The notes below the pieces were generated by a model. It did no database searches, was not told where the DNA came from, and saw only the letters and a program-made list of their open reading frames with translations. A DNA stretch of 64,000 nt, from assembly GCF_009914755.1 (NCBI RefSeq), contig NC_060944.1. One strand, written 5' to 3'. The stretch comes from the human T2T-CHM13v2.0 reference genome, Homo sapiens. The position numbers and the translations under genes are program-made. Positions 25,234-39,689 of the stretch are shown piece after piece. Position 1 is the stretch's first letter, and every line of letters starts with the position of its first letter.

Positions 25234-27419
25234 ATCTATCTGCATTAGTTGAGAGTATAGCTTGTGGTTTGTTCTCCAAAACCACTAAGTCAAATGTCCT
25301 GCTTAAAGAAATAATAATACCCACATCATAGATTGTTGAGATGATTAAATGTAAACATCTAAAAAACTGTTAAAACAGTATGTGTCTTATAAAAATGGTC
25401 ACATAAATTAGGTATTAGTAATTCTTATTGTAATTAAATAATATATAGACTATCAAAGATCTATTTAAGATTAGTTGTTAGTATCATTATTACTTGAATT
25501 ATTATTATTTCTCCTTATCTCCTGAAATGCCTATGCAGAAGTTAATTGTTGTTGTTAATTTTACTTCTTTATCTCATGAAAGACCTGAAATTGCCTTTAT
25601 TTTGAATATGGCACTTCTAGATCTTTTATCTATTAAGAGAAAGGATCACAAAGACCTTTGTTCTTATTGGTTTTGCCTTTTACCCACTTATGCCTTTCAG
25701 TTAGAAAAATGTAGCAAACATGTGACTAAACCACTCGTCTGTTTCCCCCACTCTCCTTGAGGAATGCTCAAACACATTTGGATAGTCTGTTTTCTCAGCC
25801 CTCGGAGTCTTGTCACTTACTCAGCCCACTTTTAAAAAGAAAAGCAGGTTCATTCCTTACCCCCACCCCTATCCCATGAACACTGTGATCCTCATATGTA
25901 TGTAGAGACTCTTTTAAAATAAATTTTTCATAGTGTGCCAGGATTGACAGCTGCTGCCCACGTCCTTAATGCTGTAACAGCAAACATCTGAACAAAGAGG
26001 GGAAAAGTCAGTAAACCATCCGGATGTTTCGTTGATGTTTTGCCATGCAATAGAAGTTATGCAACATCTGGATGACAACCTAGTACTTTGCCTTTCTATT
26101 GGGCTGCTTGGGTATTGAGTAGACACAGATTTTATTGTAACATGGTCATAATGTACAAGTTCGGAATTTCAAATTCAACCCAAATCTTTTGGAGCCTGAA
26201 TTCATTCACCCTTGGCAAAACGTGAGTATGTATTTTTAAAGCAATAAGACTTGGAAAGTTTATTAAAATGTCTCAAAAGGCATTTGGACGTCAAATAACT
26301 CTCAAACCCAATGTTTTTGCGATTCAAATGAATCAGAAACATATGGATTAAATTTCCTTTAAATTGCTCTCAAGATTAAAAATCAAGGGAAAAAGTGCCC
26401 AGGGCCAAATATGTTTTGGGTTTTGCAGGACAAAGTATGGTTGAAACTGAGCTGAAGATATGAATAGCACCCATACTGCTGCTGGGGGACCCACTCCTCA
26501 AATCCATTGAAGGACCAGAGTTTTATTCACAGAGCATTTATTCTCACTCTGCCGAGCAACCACACAGACCACCAAACACAACCATAATAACAAACATCAA
26601 CAGTTAAAATGTCTGCTAATTTGCAGTTAGCCAAAAACAAAAAACATACTTCAAAGTCAAACTAAAGACGTCTCTTTCTAAAGTTCCCCTGCAGGATCTG
26701 AAAATGATTAAAAAAGAAATTATGTCTGAAAAAGGAGCTGTTTCAAGCATTATTTAAAAGTGGGCAGAGATGGGCCTTCTAACAGCCAAGACACCTCAAG
26801 CAGCAACCAGCTCTGGACTAGTCATTCTTGGACTCAGATACCAATTTAAATTCAGCGCCAAGGGGTCTAAACTAAGCCAGAGGAAACCAATCTGGAAGAC
26901 ATGATATGGATGAGCATGGAAGCTTAGTTCTCCATAGGAGGGTTCTTTATTTGATTTCTGCTATTCCTACTATTCTCTACTCTTGCCAATGAAAGAACAG
27001 AATCAGACCTTATTGGTGACCAAAATACATCTTAAAACATAAAACACATGTTTTAATCTGATTGTCTCATATCAACTTTTTTGGTCAAATTATTTGACCT
27101 TCCGTTTCTGCTTCTTCAGATTAAAATAATAGATCTCTTTTCCTAAGTTTACCATTCTTGACTTTGACCAGCCCCTGAAGGCAAAGAAATATTTGGAAGA
27201 AAGAGTAAGAGCACAGTCTGACCTTGCTTGCTTTATCTAGTTGGCTCTCCTGCAGAAATTTTCCACACCACCTCCCCTGTACCTCCTGTTCCCCCCTTCC
27301 CGGTATTAATTTCATGGCTTACATTTAGGAATTTTATTATAGTTAGGGGTTGTATTTATTATCCCCTTTTATCAAGTTTCACATCAGATCTCTGAAACTG
27401 TTATACATTTCAGAAAGCC

Positions 27420-28100
27420 ATTTATTTGTTCAACAAATATTTATTAAGCTCATACTATGTGCCAGGTACATATTTACTGAAGATATATCTGTAAACAGGA
27501 TAATTCAGAGTAGATGAGTACATAAATGGATAAATAAGATAATTGGAGATAGTGAAAAGGGTTATGGAGAATATAAAGCATGTTGATGTGATGAGAATAT
27601 CAGTGAGTGCCTGCATATCAGGAGGGAGGGAGAGAGAAAGAGAGAGAGAGAAAGAGAAAGAGAGAATAGATATACCAGGGAGACTGGGAGGGAACTTAAT
27701 GGCATGATCAGAAGAGGCTCTCTGAGTAGGTAATATTTGATTTAAGCCCTGTATGGGGAGAAGCAGCTTTGTGAAAAGCTGGGAAAGAATGCTCCTGGTG
27801 GAGGGGACAGCAAGAGCAAAGACCTTGAGGCAGGAACTCACTTGGCCCATTGAAGCAGAATGAGGACTGTGTGCCTGGAGTTTCTGGTATGAGTGAGAGA
27901 TATTATCATGTGAAATTAGAAAGGTAAGCAGATTACATAGCTGCCTGTAAGCCACAGGAGGGTTGTGCATTTTATTGTGAGACGGGGAAGTTTTCAGCCT
28001 AGGCCAGCATGATCTCTTGGACTCATATTTTTAAAATATCATTTTGACTCCTATTTGTTGACTGGACTGTAGGGAGCAAGAGTTTATAACAAAGAAGACT
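27420..28100 (-). mobile_element. L2 fragment with an internal (GA)n tract
   Basis: atttatttgttcaacaaatatttattaagctcatactatgtgccagg; cagcaagagcaaagaccttgaggcagga. Confidence 0.8.
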
Positions 28101-29122
28101 GGCTGATCAATGTATGCCCCATCCTCAGTCTCTACTTTTGCTGAGACATTTTGAACACCAGTGATTCCCTTTTTTCCCCTCTACCCACAGGTGAGAAATT
28201 GAGTTCTGTTGCCCAGCATCTAAAGGGGTGTAAGCTCATTCCCTACCCTTCCTCAGATACTGGGCATTGGGATAATGGTATTTTAATGACTTTTTCATGA
28301 TTGTTAAGACTTGGTGTTATATAGACAAGCCTCAAAACACACTACTAGTTGAACTCATGGTATGCTCCAAACACAATAAAACAATCCAAAAATCTTGTCA
28401 GAGTTGAATTTTAGTCTGCTGAGGTACTTCTCAATCTTTGAAATGGATATAACAATTGAATTTATAAGATTATTGTAAGCATTGAAGTCAACGCAGAGTG
28501 GCAAGCACTTAACACAGTGCTTGAAACATAATAAAAGACTTCTTGATATGTATTGGCTACTATTGTTACCTCCAAGATATTAAAATAATCTTTGAAATAA
28601 CCTAGCCATGACAAAGGTATCACAAATAGAGACTGTAGTGTGTGGGCCAATATCATTTGTGACTATTGCTACAACTATCTTTAATATGACTCAATAGAAT
28701 TGTGTATTAAAAGTGTAATATTCCATTACCAAATATGGTTTGTTAGGAAGGCAAGGGCAACATTAATATTAGAAATGCTATAAATACAGCACATTACAGC
28801 TCCCAGATTCTTTTTCTAACAATGCCAATCTTGGGTTACCTGTAAACATCTCACCATCTCACCCCTAGAGTATGTATGGGAGGCATTACAATTATTCCCC
28901 TAAAGGATTAATAACTACTTCAGATTAGAGTTCACAGCTTTTAATAACATTAAGAGGATAAAAATACTCCTATATACCCCTAAAAATAAGAAGAACATTT
29001 AACACGATTTTTAGGGTTAACAGTTGTTCTTTCTTGGTGGTAGGATCACGTGGTATACCTCAAATCAATTGCAGTGTACATCTATTACTTCTGTAATCAG
29101 AAAAATGTTGCAATTGTAATCT

Positions 29123-29580
29123 CAATATTAGATTCCCAGCTGCTGTAACAAATTGCCACAATCTTGGCAGTATAAAACAACAGACATTTCTCCTCTCACA
29201 GTTCTGGAGGCTAGAAGCCTGAAGCCAAGGTTTTAGCAGGTCCGTGCTTCCTCTGGAGGCTTGGGGAAATAATCCATCCTTGCCTCTTCTAGCTTGCTGT
29301 GGCTGTCGGCTTTCTTTGGCTTGCGGCTGCATCACTTCAATCCCTGCCTCTGTCGTCTTATCACTGTCTCCTCCTTATCTGTCTAATCTCCCTGTGCCTG
29401 TCTCTTATAAAGATACTTGTGATGGCAGTTGGCACCCACCAAGATAATCCAGGATAATCCTCTTATCTCAAAAGCCTTGATTTAATCACACCTGCAAAAA
29501 CTTTAGCGTAAAGGATAACATATAGGTTCCAAGGATTAGGATATGGACATATTTCTGGCAACCATTATCAGCCTGCCATA
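29123..29580 (-). mobile_element. MLT1C/D (MaLR) solo LTR
   Basis: gctgctgtaacaaattgccaca...cagttctggaggctagaag...ggattaggatatggacat. Confidence 0.8.
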
Positions 29581-30919
29581 GTCTTGTAACAAAACATAAA
29601 ACACACACACATATATATATATCTATATATATGTGAATATTATTTAAATATAATTTTTTAAAAATTGCTGAGCCAAAGCCAATGGAATGTTTAATAGTGA
29701 CATTCCTATTTACTTGGGGCAATAATACAAAAATGAGGTTCAAAGTATTTATTTTATTTGACATATTCTGGACAAGGAGATGAGATAGGAAATAGACTAT
29801 TGAATTAAAGGAAGTAAATGATGGTGGTTTTTGGAAAACACTATTTTCTATAAAAAAAAAACTGAAAAAGTATTAGTATTTAATGTAAAAATGACCAGAT
29901 AAAACATTAGTTTAAGAAAGCCAATGACTGTCGTATATGTCTTGAAAAACTAGCTATTATTTAATATAACAATAAAAGACATTCTAATAATAAGAGCAGC
30001 ATCAACATCCACAAACAATACCCGTCAAAATATGTTAATTTGGCACTTTAGCGATATTCTCTTTTTATCACAGTAATAGCATGCCCATAGTCATTGGGAG
30101 AAACTAGAATAAACTTGTAGGAAGACAGAGTCACCAGACTGGTCACCCGTATTTACCTGTCCCTCTGTGGTAGTTTTTTTTAGAGGAAGGGTCTGCATTA
30201 AGGACTAAGTGGAAAGTCAGTCCTTATTTTAGTTAGACTTGTGAGTGAGCTGAATGAGACTGATTCAAGGCAGCTGATAAAAGTTAATTGATTGATTGAC
30301 GTATTTTCCTTTAAGGTGTGAATGGCTAATAGAACAGGCAAATAGCTTAAGTGTCCTTCTCCTCTTCCAACCCTAAGAATTATATATTTTCCTCAAACAA
30401 ACCCTCAACTGGTAATATTTAACCAGCATGGGTAACTTTTAGGGGGTGGAGGAGGCTTTTTGTTAAGAAAACATCAACATCATTGCTTGTTATCTTGTGT
30501 TCTTCAATGAGCAGAGCTGACCCAGCCTCCTCTTCCTCCTCTCATATAAGAAAGTAACTCTATTCTATCTTAGCCTCCAGCTTTTTGGAGGTTCTTCCTT
30601 AAGAGCCTTTTTAGCAAATCTTCTCAGGGTCTGCCTCCATTTCGTTTATTTCCAGACTTGCTCATATTTTTCTTTTAGTGATTCAGCAGGGAATGGCATC
30701 AAGAAGGAGCCTGTTCTCAATTTGTTTCTTTTCCTTATGACCTAGGATTGACTGTCACATGTAAATTACCAGGCCTGTGAAAGCCATTCAAGGTGACATG
30801 CAGTGATCTTGGACCACAGGGCATCATCAGCCCTCAGTATTTAACAGAAAAAAAACTGATGAGCAGCCAGTGAAGGTCACTGGGCTTGAGGAGCACATAA
30901 CCCTCACCATATTCTTTAC

Positions 30920-31280
30920 TTTTAATTTTTCTTTTATTTGATTTACTAATATAACATTTATATACAGTGAAATATATAGATTTTAAGTGTACAATTCGCT
31001 AAGTATCAATGAATATATGATATACATATGTATTTATGTATACACCCATGTGACTACCACTCTGATCAAAATAAAGAACATTTCCATCACCCCAAAAGTT
31101 CTGTCAGCCCCTTTCAGTCAGTTTCTACCTTCACTCCACCCAATAGGCTATCACTGTTCGATTGCTATCATTATAGATCAATTGGCCTGTTCTTGACCTT
31201 CATGAAAATGGAGTTATATGGTAGGTAATTTTTATATCCGCCTCCTTTATTAAAAGGAATGTTTTTGAGAGTCATCCATT
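30920..31280 (-). mobile_element. Old L1M 3' end
   Basis: tacacccatgtgactaccactctgatcaaaataaagaacatttccatcacccc. Confidence 0.75.
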
Positions 31281-31884
31281 CTCTCTAAATTTTGTGTTTG
31301 TTCAACATTTAACAACATGGCAAGGAGGAATATGAAAGGTAAATGAAGAACAAAATCCTAAGCTCTTTGGAAAGACAAGCCATCGTAAACAAATTTGGTA
31401 AACATCCATATGAAGATTTAGAAACACTTGGTTACACTTGGTTAATGGTGTGGAGGATTTTCATTGTCATCTCCATGAATCAGAACTTGTGGAGGTAGTG
31501 GTAACATCAGTCTGCCATCACATGACCTGTAATGCTGTGGCCATGGGCATATTTTAAAAGCTCCACTTCTAAGTAACATAGTTCAGTTGAGAACCACTGC
31601 CCTGTAATGAATGTGAGATGGGCAATATGAATTTATTGTTCTTTTAGCAGGTTGCAATTCCTGCCTGCTTCTTTTACTATGAGAATCTTGCTGTGATTTT
31701 AGTATTTATAAATCATATATTCATGCACCATACTTTTAAAATGCAAGTTGACAATTCCATTTATTTCCTTTATGAAGAAACAGTGATCTGTTTTCAGTGC
31801 TGGAGGAAAAATGGGCTGTGCTGGTCACTCCACTGAGGAAAATTCCTGAAGGCATGCTAAAGGTAATTTTATCTTTATATGATT

Positions 31885-32410
31885 TTCACTACTTTAGACA
31901 GAATAGGAGAAACTATGCTGTCATAACAAATTAATTTTAAAATTAATAAAGATGCATTTTTTGTTTAGGTTACATGTCCAATATAGATTCACAAAGCACT
32001 CAGATTCCCAGTCTGTTCGTTTGCAGTATGTGGATTGACTGGACTCTAATGTCACCACAGAAAGGCACAGAAGGCAGAATATTTTCAAGGGCCAGGCCCA
32101 GGAATGGTTTACATCAGCTCTCAAGCTCTGCTGTACCTTAGAATCATCAGGGGAGCTTTTAACAATGTTAGTGCCCTGGCTGTACTCCATACCAATTAAA
32201 TGAGAGTTTCTGGGGCTGAGACGATACATCACTGTGTTTTAAACTCTCCTAGGTGATTCCTATGTGTAGCTAGCTTGAAGAACCATTGGCTTGTATCACC
32301 TCTGTCCTTGCTTCTTTGGCTGGACTGAGTCACATGACCCTGACCTACACTAAGGGAGCCTGGGAAATGTAGTCTTCATGGGTGCCCAGGAAGAGGCCAT
32401 TGAAAGAGAA
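31885..32410 (-). mobile_element. Old MLT1 (J/K-like) LTR interrupted by a MER5-type MITE (~32115-32288)
   Basis: gtcacatgaccc...gggagcctgggaaatgtagtc; internal agaatcatcaggggagctttt...ttgaagaaccattg. Confidence 0.6.
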
Positions 32411-33335
32411 GTTGGCAAACCTATGTCTTTGTGTCTCACACACTCATTTTTTAATGTTAACTTCAGAATGTACCTCCCTCAAACATACGCATGTCCTCCC
32501 ACTCTAACAATATAAGCCTCACTATGGAATGGGGAGGAGATGTGGATTGTCTTGACATCTCAGAGATACTTGCTGTTCACTCTGGTCCCACTCACATTTG
32601 AAGCAGGGTCCTCAATAAAGGATTCTAATCTTTATTCTAAGAACATTGGGCACCTTTTAACAAAGGGACCAGTGAAACTAGATTTAATTGTTTGATCGAT
32701 GATGTGGGGCAAGTGTGGATGGGAGCAGGCCAGTAACGAGGTCTGTGAGGTCATCCAGGATAAGACAATGGTGGCTTGCTTTCAAGTGACACAAATGGAG
32801 ATGTATTTGAGACTGAAAAAATGAGATTATAGACCTCACTACAAGAATTGCATTAGTTGAGCAATGCAGGTGAGAGGTATCCATCAGGACTTATGTGTTT
32901 CCAGCACAATCAGCCAGATACAGACTGGTGGAGTGATGGGGAAGACACTTAATCCAAGTGTAAACAAAAGTAAAGTGAAGAAATGGAGACAATGCAGATA
33001 GATACTGCTTTGAAGAAACATGCCTCAGAATGATGGGGTAGCGGGAGAACTGAGGGAATTGCCTTGTCCAGCCATCAGTATCATGATATTTACTTCCCAC
33101 TTAACTATTGATCTGCATATATAGCTTCTTGGGCTACCACTCAGAGAGGGAAGGTGGATTTTAATGTTAGGCACCAATGTCTCTCCTTATACTTGGCTTA
33201 TGCCTCCTGGCCGATCCACCCTTCTGTGTGCCTGCCTGCTTGGTTTAAAATCCATATCATATCAAACAGCCAGTTAAGGAATAAAAAGTTTAGAATACTC
33301 AATAGAAGAGAGATTAGGAACCACACTGCACTTTT

Positions 33336-35441
<2,106 letters not shown>

Positions 35442-35807
35442 TGAGTCAAAATGTTGAATAGAAATTTGGAAATATTGACCCAGGGAATGGCCTACTTGTT
35501 TATTTACGCTTCCGCCACAACACATATACCTTACCCCCCGCCAACCACTAGATTAAAAAGGCAGCAAGTCTTTCTTCTCAAGTCTTTCCAGATAGTCTGG
35601 TATACAGTTGGTTGTTCAAGGGTTATTTTTGATGAATTAATGAATGCTTTGTGGCCTGAATCAAAGAAACTTTGAACACTCTCTCCCTGCTATACTTTTT
35701 GCTCAGGGGCTCTTGAATGGCCTGTGGATAAGTCGATGCAGTGGTGTCCTCACAGTGGCTCTGTCCATACCCAGTCTCCCAAAAGACAATTTTTCTCTAC
35801 TCTAACA

Positions 35808-36260
35808 GTTTTTTTTAAGAGTTGAGATATAATTCACATACCACAAAATTCAACCTTTTAAAGTACACAATCTAGTGGTTTTAGTATATTCACAAGGATG
35901 TGCAACCATCTAATTCCACTAATCCCCAAATATTTTCATAAACCTAAGAAGAGCTCCAAATTCATTATCAGTCCCTCCTGATTCCCACTAATCTACTTTC
36001 TGTGTCTATCAGTTTGCCTCTCCTGAAAACTTAATGTAAATGGAATAATACCATATGTGGTCTTTTGTGTTTGGTTTCTTTCACTTAGCATAATGTTTTC
36101 AAGGTTCATCCATAGCATGTATAATAGTACTTTATTTCTTTTTATGGCTGAATATAATATGTTCTGCTGGGCGGCTATACCTCATTTTTGTTTATTCATT
36201 CATGAGTTGATGGACCTTTGGGTTATTTTTACATTTTGGTTATTATGAATAATTCTGCAC
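35808..36260 (-). mobile_element. L1MB-type 3' end
   Basis: ttgagatataattcacataccacaaaattcaaccttttaaagtacaca...tcacttagcataatgttttcaaggttcatccat. Confidence 0.8.
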
Positions 36261-37120
36261 TGGCTAATAGGTTTAGACTAGTTAGAGTGAACAAGTGATC
36301 CTCAGTTTATCAAAGGCTCACAGGACAGCTGGGGTCACCAAACAGTGGTGTCTTATACCCACCAGTGAGTCACCTTTCCTTTTGATTTATTTTATAAACT
36401 TACAGATGTGCTGCTTCTAGGTAGAAAGGACTATCAGTGCAACAAAATCTCACTTAAAATACGGTGAACTTTTATTTTTAATCAACTCATTGCTAAAGGA
36501 AAACTAGAACAAATCCAATCAGACTGCATCTCATTTTGTGGACAGCTGCAATAAAAATTTCTGGATTTCCGGGTTTCCCTCAGCAGGGACAGGTGGGTAG
36601 GAATCTGCCCAACTCCAGTGGGAGGATTTGTTCTTTTTTTAGCAGGATACAGGAAGAGGGAAGAGAAAAATTGTTGATTGCACAAACGACTAAAATGGCA
36701 CTTCAATTCCCCCATTCCATCTAGTTTCTGGTTTCAACTGACTCCCCAAGTCATTTCGGTAATACAAAAAGTTCTGCATTCTATGCCGATTCATTTTCAG
36801 ATGGATCTCTCTTGAACCCAAATTATTAATGTTTAGGTCTTCCCAATGCTGGACACACCTTCCCCTTTGCCAGCCCAAGTTAGTACCTCATCTCTTTCCT
36901 TCCCTCCTCTGAAAAATATGAAAAGGTTTGTTTCTTCAGCCCGTGTGGCATTCTATGAGGCTTGATCTCAATCATTCCATCTTTTCTCTTCTTGAGGCTG
37001 CTGCCTCTGCACAGACCCAGAAGGCAGGCCCTATTAGCCATGCACAGAGACTGGTGGGTGGGTATCAGTTTGGAGCCAAGTTCCTGGGCATGCATCACTT
37101 TTGCACATTCCTTGTCTGAG

Positions 37121-37295
37121 GGTGCAAAATTGCACAAGCAAACTGAGCTGCCCACAACTGGCTAATTGCAGAGGCAATCATCGCCCCGGCTCCTTCCAAA
37201 TGAGCAGGGAGCAGCTAATTGTGCTCACAATTGGCTGATTGAGCTCACAGTCAGTAAATTGCTGCTGCAACTGTTTGTGCATACAATTTTGCACC
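37121..37295. repeat. Imperfect palindrome with 23-bp terminal inverted repeats and ~20-bp internal subrepeats
   Basis: ggtgcaaaattgcacaagcaaac versus reverse complement of 37273-95, ggtgcaaaattgtatgcacaaac. Confidence 0.7.
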
Positions 37296-37569
37296 TGGGA
37301 GTAATCGTGGGCGATAGGGTCTAACACACTTTGAAAGAACATTAAACAGTACAACATCTGAGAAATCTAACACTGTCCAGCCTGCTTGGGGAATTTGAGC
37401 TGGGTAGGGGAGGCATACTTCTTAAATTGGAGTTGGGGTATCTCAGACCCTGAAGTAATGCCCCAGGGTGCATGTTATAACTCATAGCGCTAGTCATACC
37501 ACATCATATATCTCTTACCTCACACATGAAGCTCACCGGTCAACCTGCAAAACATCTCAGCCACAGGAG

Positions 37570-38110
37570 AGGTGGTAGAGTATTTACCACATGAGCTCTG
37601 AACTCAGGCTACCTTGGTTCAGATTTGAGTTCTTCTGTTTCCTTGCTGGGTAACCTTTGCAAGCCTTGATTTTTTCTCATATGTAAGATGATGATGATGA
37701 AAAAATGTACCTGAGTCACAGCGTTGCTGTGTAGAAATGAGATAATGCTTGTAAAGAATGAGCACATAGTATTTACTCAATGAATGTTTCTAATTTTTAA
37801 AAAAACTCTTAGGTCAAAATTTGATCATGACTTTGACGTCCAATGGAGTACCTCACACTCTAATTTTAGGATTATTGTTAATACGCTGGTGTTAGCATCA
37901 AAGAAATTTTTGTTTTCTCTGTACCAGCTATGTGACTGTGGCCAATTTGCTTTAACTTGTCTAAATCACAGTTTAGCAATCTGTAAAATGGGGGTAGAAA
38001 TGTTATCTACCCCTCTAGGGCTGTTATGTAGATTAAATAAGACAACGTATGTGAAGGAGTTAGCACTTAATAAGCACTCTGTAAATGCTAGCTCTTGCTG
38101 TTGTCACTAC
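37570..38110. mobile_element. Two MIR SINEs (~37570-37790 and ~37880-38110)
   Basis: Cores ttttctcatatgtaagatg and gcaatctgtaaaatggggg. Confidence 0.65.
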
Positions 38111-38879
38111 TACTATTATTGTTATAAAGGCTCCTGTGAGTGGGGTGGGACCGGGCCTGGAGTACTGGGGACTTTGGAGCCAGAATACTATTATGTAACT
38201 CATGTCCACAGTGTGATTTGCTCCTACCCACTGCCCTGATAGAATGGATTCTTTTAGATAGAACAGAGGTGTGTGAGCTTTATAGCAAATTGTCTTGCTT
38301 GGGCCCTTCCCAAATCTACATGAGGGGAGACATTCAGCCCTGTGGCCCTGTTCCCTGTGCTTGCCTTGTCCTGGTTCATTTCTTGGTCTCTGATAGAGAC
38401 AATTTTATAGGGTTCTTACTCTCAGCAAGAAAAAAGAGATAAGGACAAGCTTTGGCAGGATCCGGAAATTAATCCAGGGGAGGCAGACATTGTGTCTCTA
38501 AATGTAATTGAATCTTCCTGGAGTCTGATGGGGGTGGGGGATGGAGCATGGACCTTCTGACTTTTAAGTCTGTGAGGAGGTGTGGAGGAGGGAGGGCTGC
38601 TCTCCCTTCAAGTCCTTCTTTCCCGTGGTCCCAACCTCCTTCCCTTTTCCCTTTATGACCACCACCACGTGTTCTGTCCCTTTGGGTGTTTCTGGCTCTT
38701 GCCTCAGCAGCAATGCAGGGTGCACACTCCCCATTCCTTGCTGTCTAAGAATCCGAGCATACAGGACTCTTCACAGTAAATGGGCTTTACTGCGATCCGG
38801 ATGCAGACAGGGACAAATGGCAAAGATTTTAGAATCCCAGAGTTCTCACCAGCATTAGTCTTTGCTCCCAACTCTCATA

Positions 38880-39287
38880 GCATGGTTAGCTTGGGCTGCC
38901 ATAACAAAATACCACATATTGGGTGGCTTAAACAACAGAAATGTCCTTCTCACAGTTCTGGAGGGTAGAAGCCCAAGGTCAAGGGATTGTGAAGTTTGGT
39001 TTCTCCTGAGGCCTCTCTCCCTGTCTTGCAGATGGCCACCTTTTCACTGAGTTCTCACATGGTCTTTTCTCCGTGTGCATGCATCCTTGGTTTCTCTCTA
39101 TCCACTTTTCCTCTTCTTATAAGGACACCAGTCATGTTGGATTAGGGCCCACCCTAAAGTCCTCCTTTTAACTTCATCATCTCTATAAAGACCTTATCTT
39201 GGAATACAGTTACCTTGTGAGATACTAGGGGTTAGGACTTCAACGTATGACTTTTTTTGCAGGGGGACACAATTCAGTGCATAACAC
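38880..39287 (-). mobile_element. MLT1B/C solo LTR
   Basis: gggctgccataacaaaataccaca...cttataaggacaccagtcatgttggattagggcccaccc...cacaattcagtgcataaca. Confidence 0.85.
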
Positions 39288-39394
39288 ATGGGATTCTTAG
39301 AATTTTCAAGAAATATTTTCTCTTTAGGAATGTAACTTAATGAACCCAGAACCCAGCTCAATCATTAATTAGTTGTGTGACCTTAGGCAAGACA

Positions 39395-39518
39395 GGCACA
39401 TGTCTCGATTTGCCTGGGAGTGTCCCATTTACCTCTGTTGTCCCAGTGTAGTTACAAGAGCACCCCCTTTCATTCTTAAATGTATCCTCGTTTAAATAAT
39501 GAATCGTGTGGTCACTAT
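39395..39518. mobile_element. MER94-like hAT MITE inside a MIR
   Basis: tttgcctgggagtgtccc...tgttgtcccagtgt...tgtggtcac. Confidence 0.55.
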
Positions 39519-39689
39519 TCATTAACTTTAGCTGTCAAAATGAAGTGAATGACACCTAATTCACAAAGGTGCTCAGGGTTTGCAGGGGATGATGGAGAAG
39601 TACCTATCACACTACCCAATGCTTGGTAAGTATGAATGTCTTTATACTACTTTCTTTTTTTTCATAAATAATATATTTGCAGCATTTAT

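Noticed and set aside
26380-26480. Assigning a chromosome locus or named gene
   Set aside because: I cannot identify the locus from sequence alone; a BLAT search would be needed.
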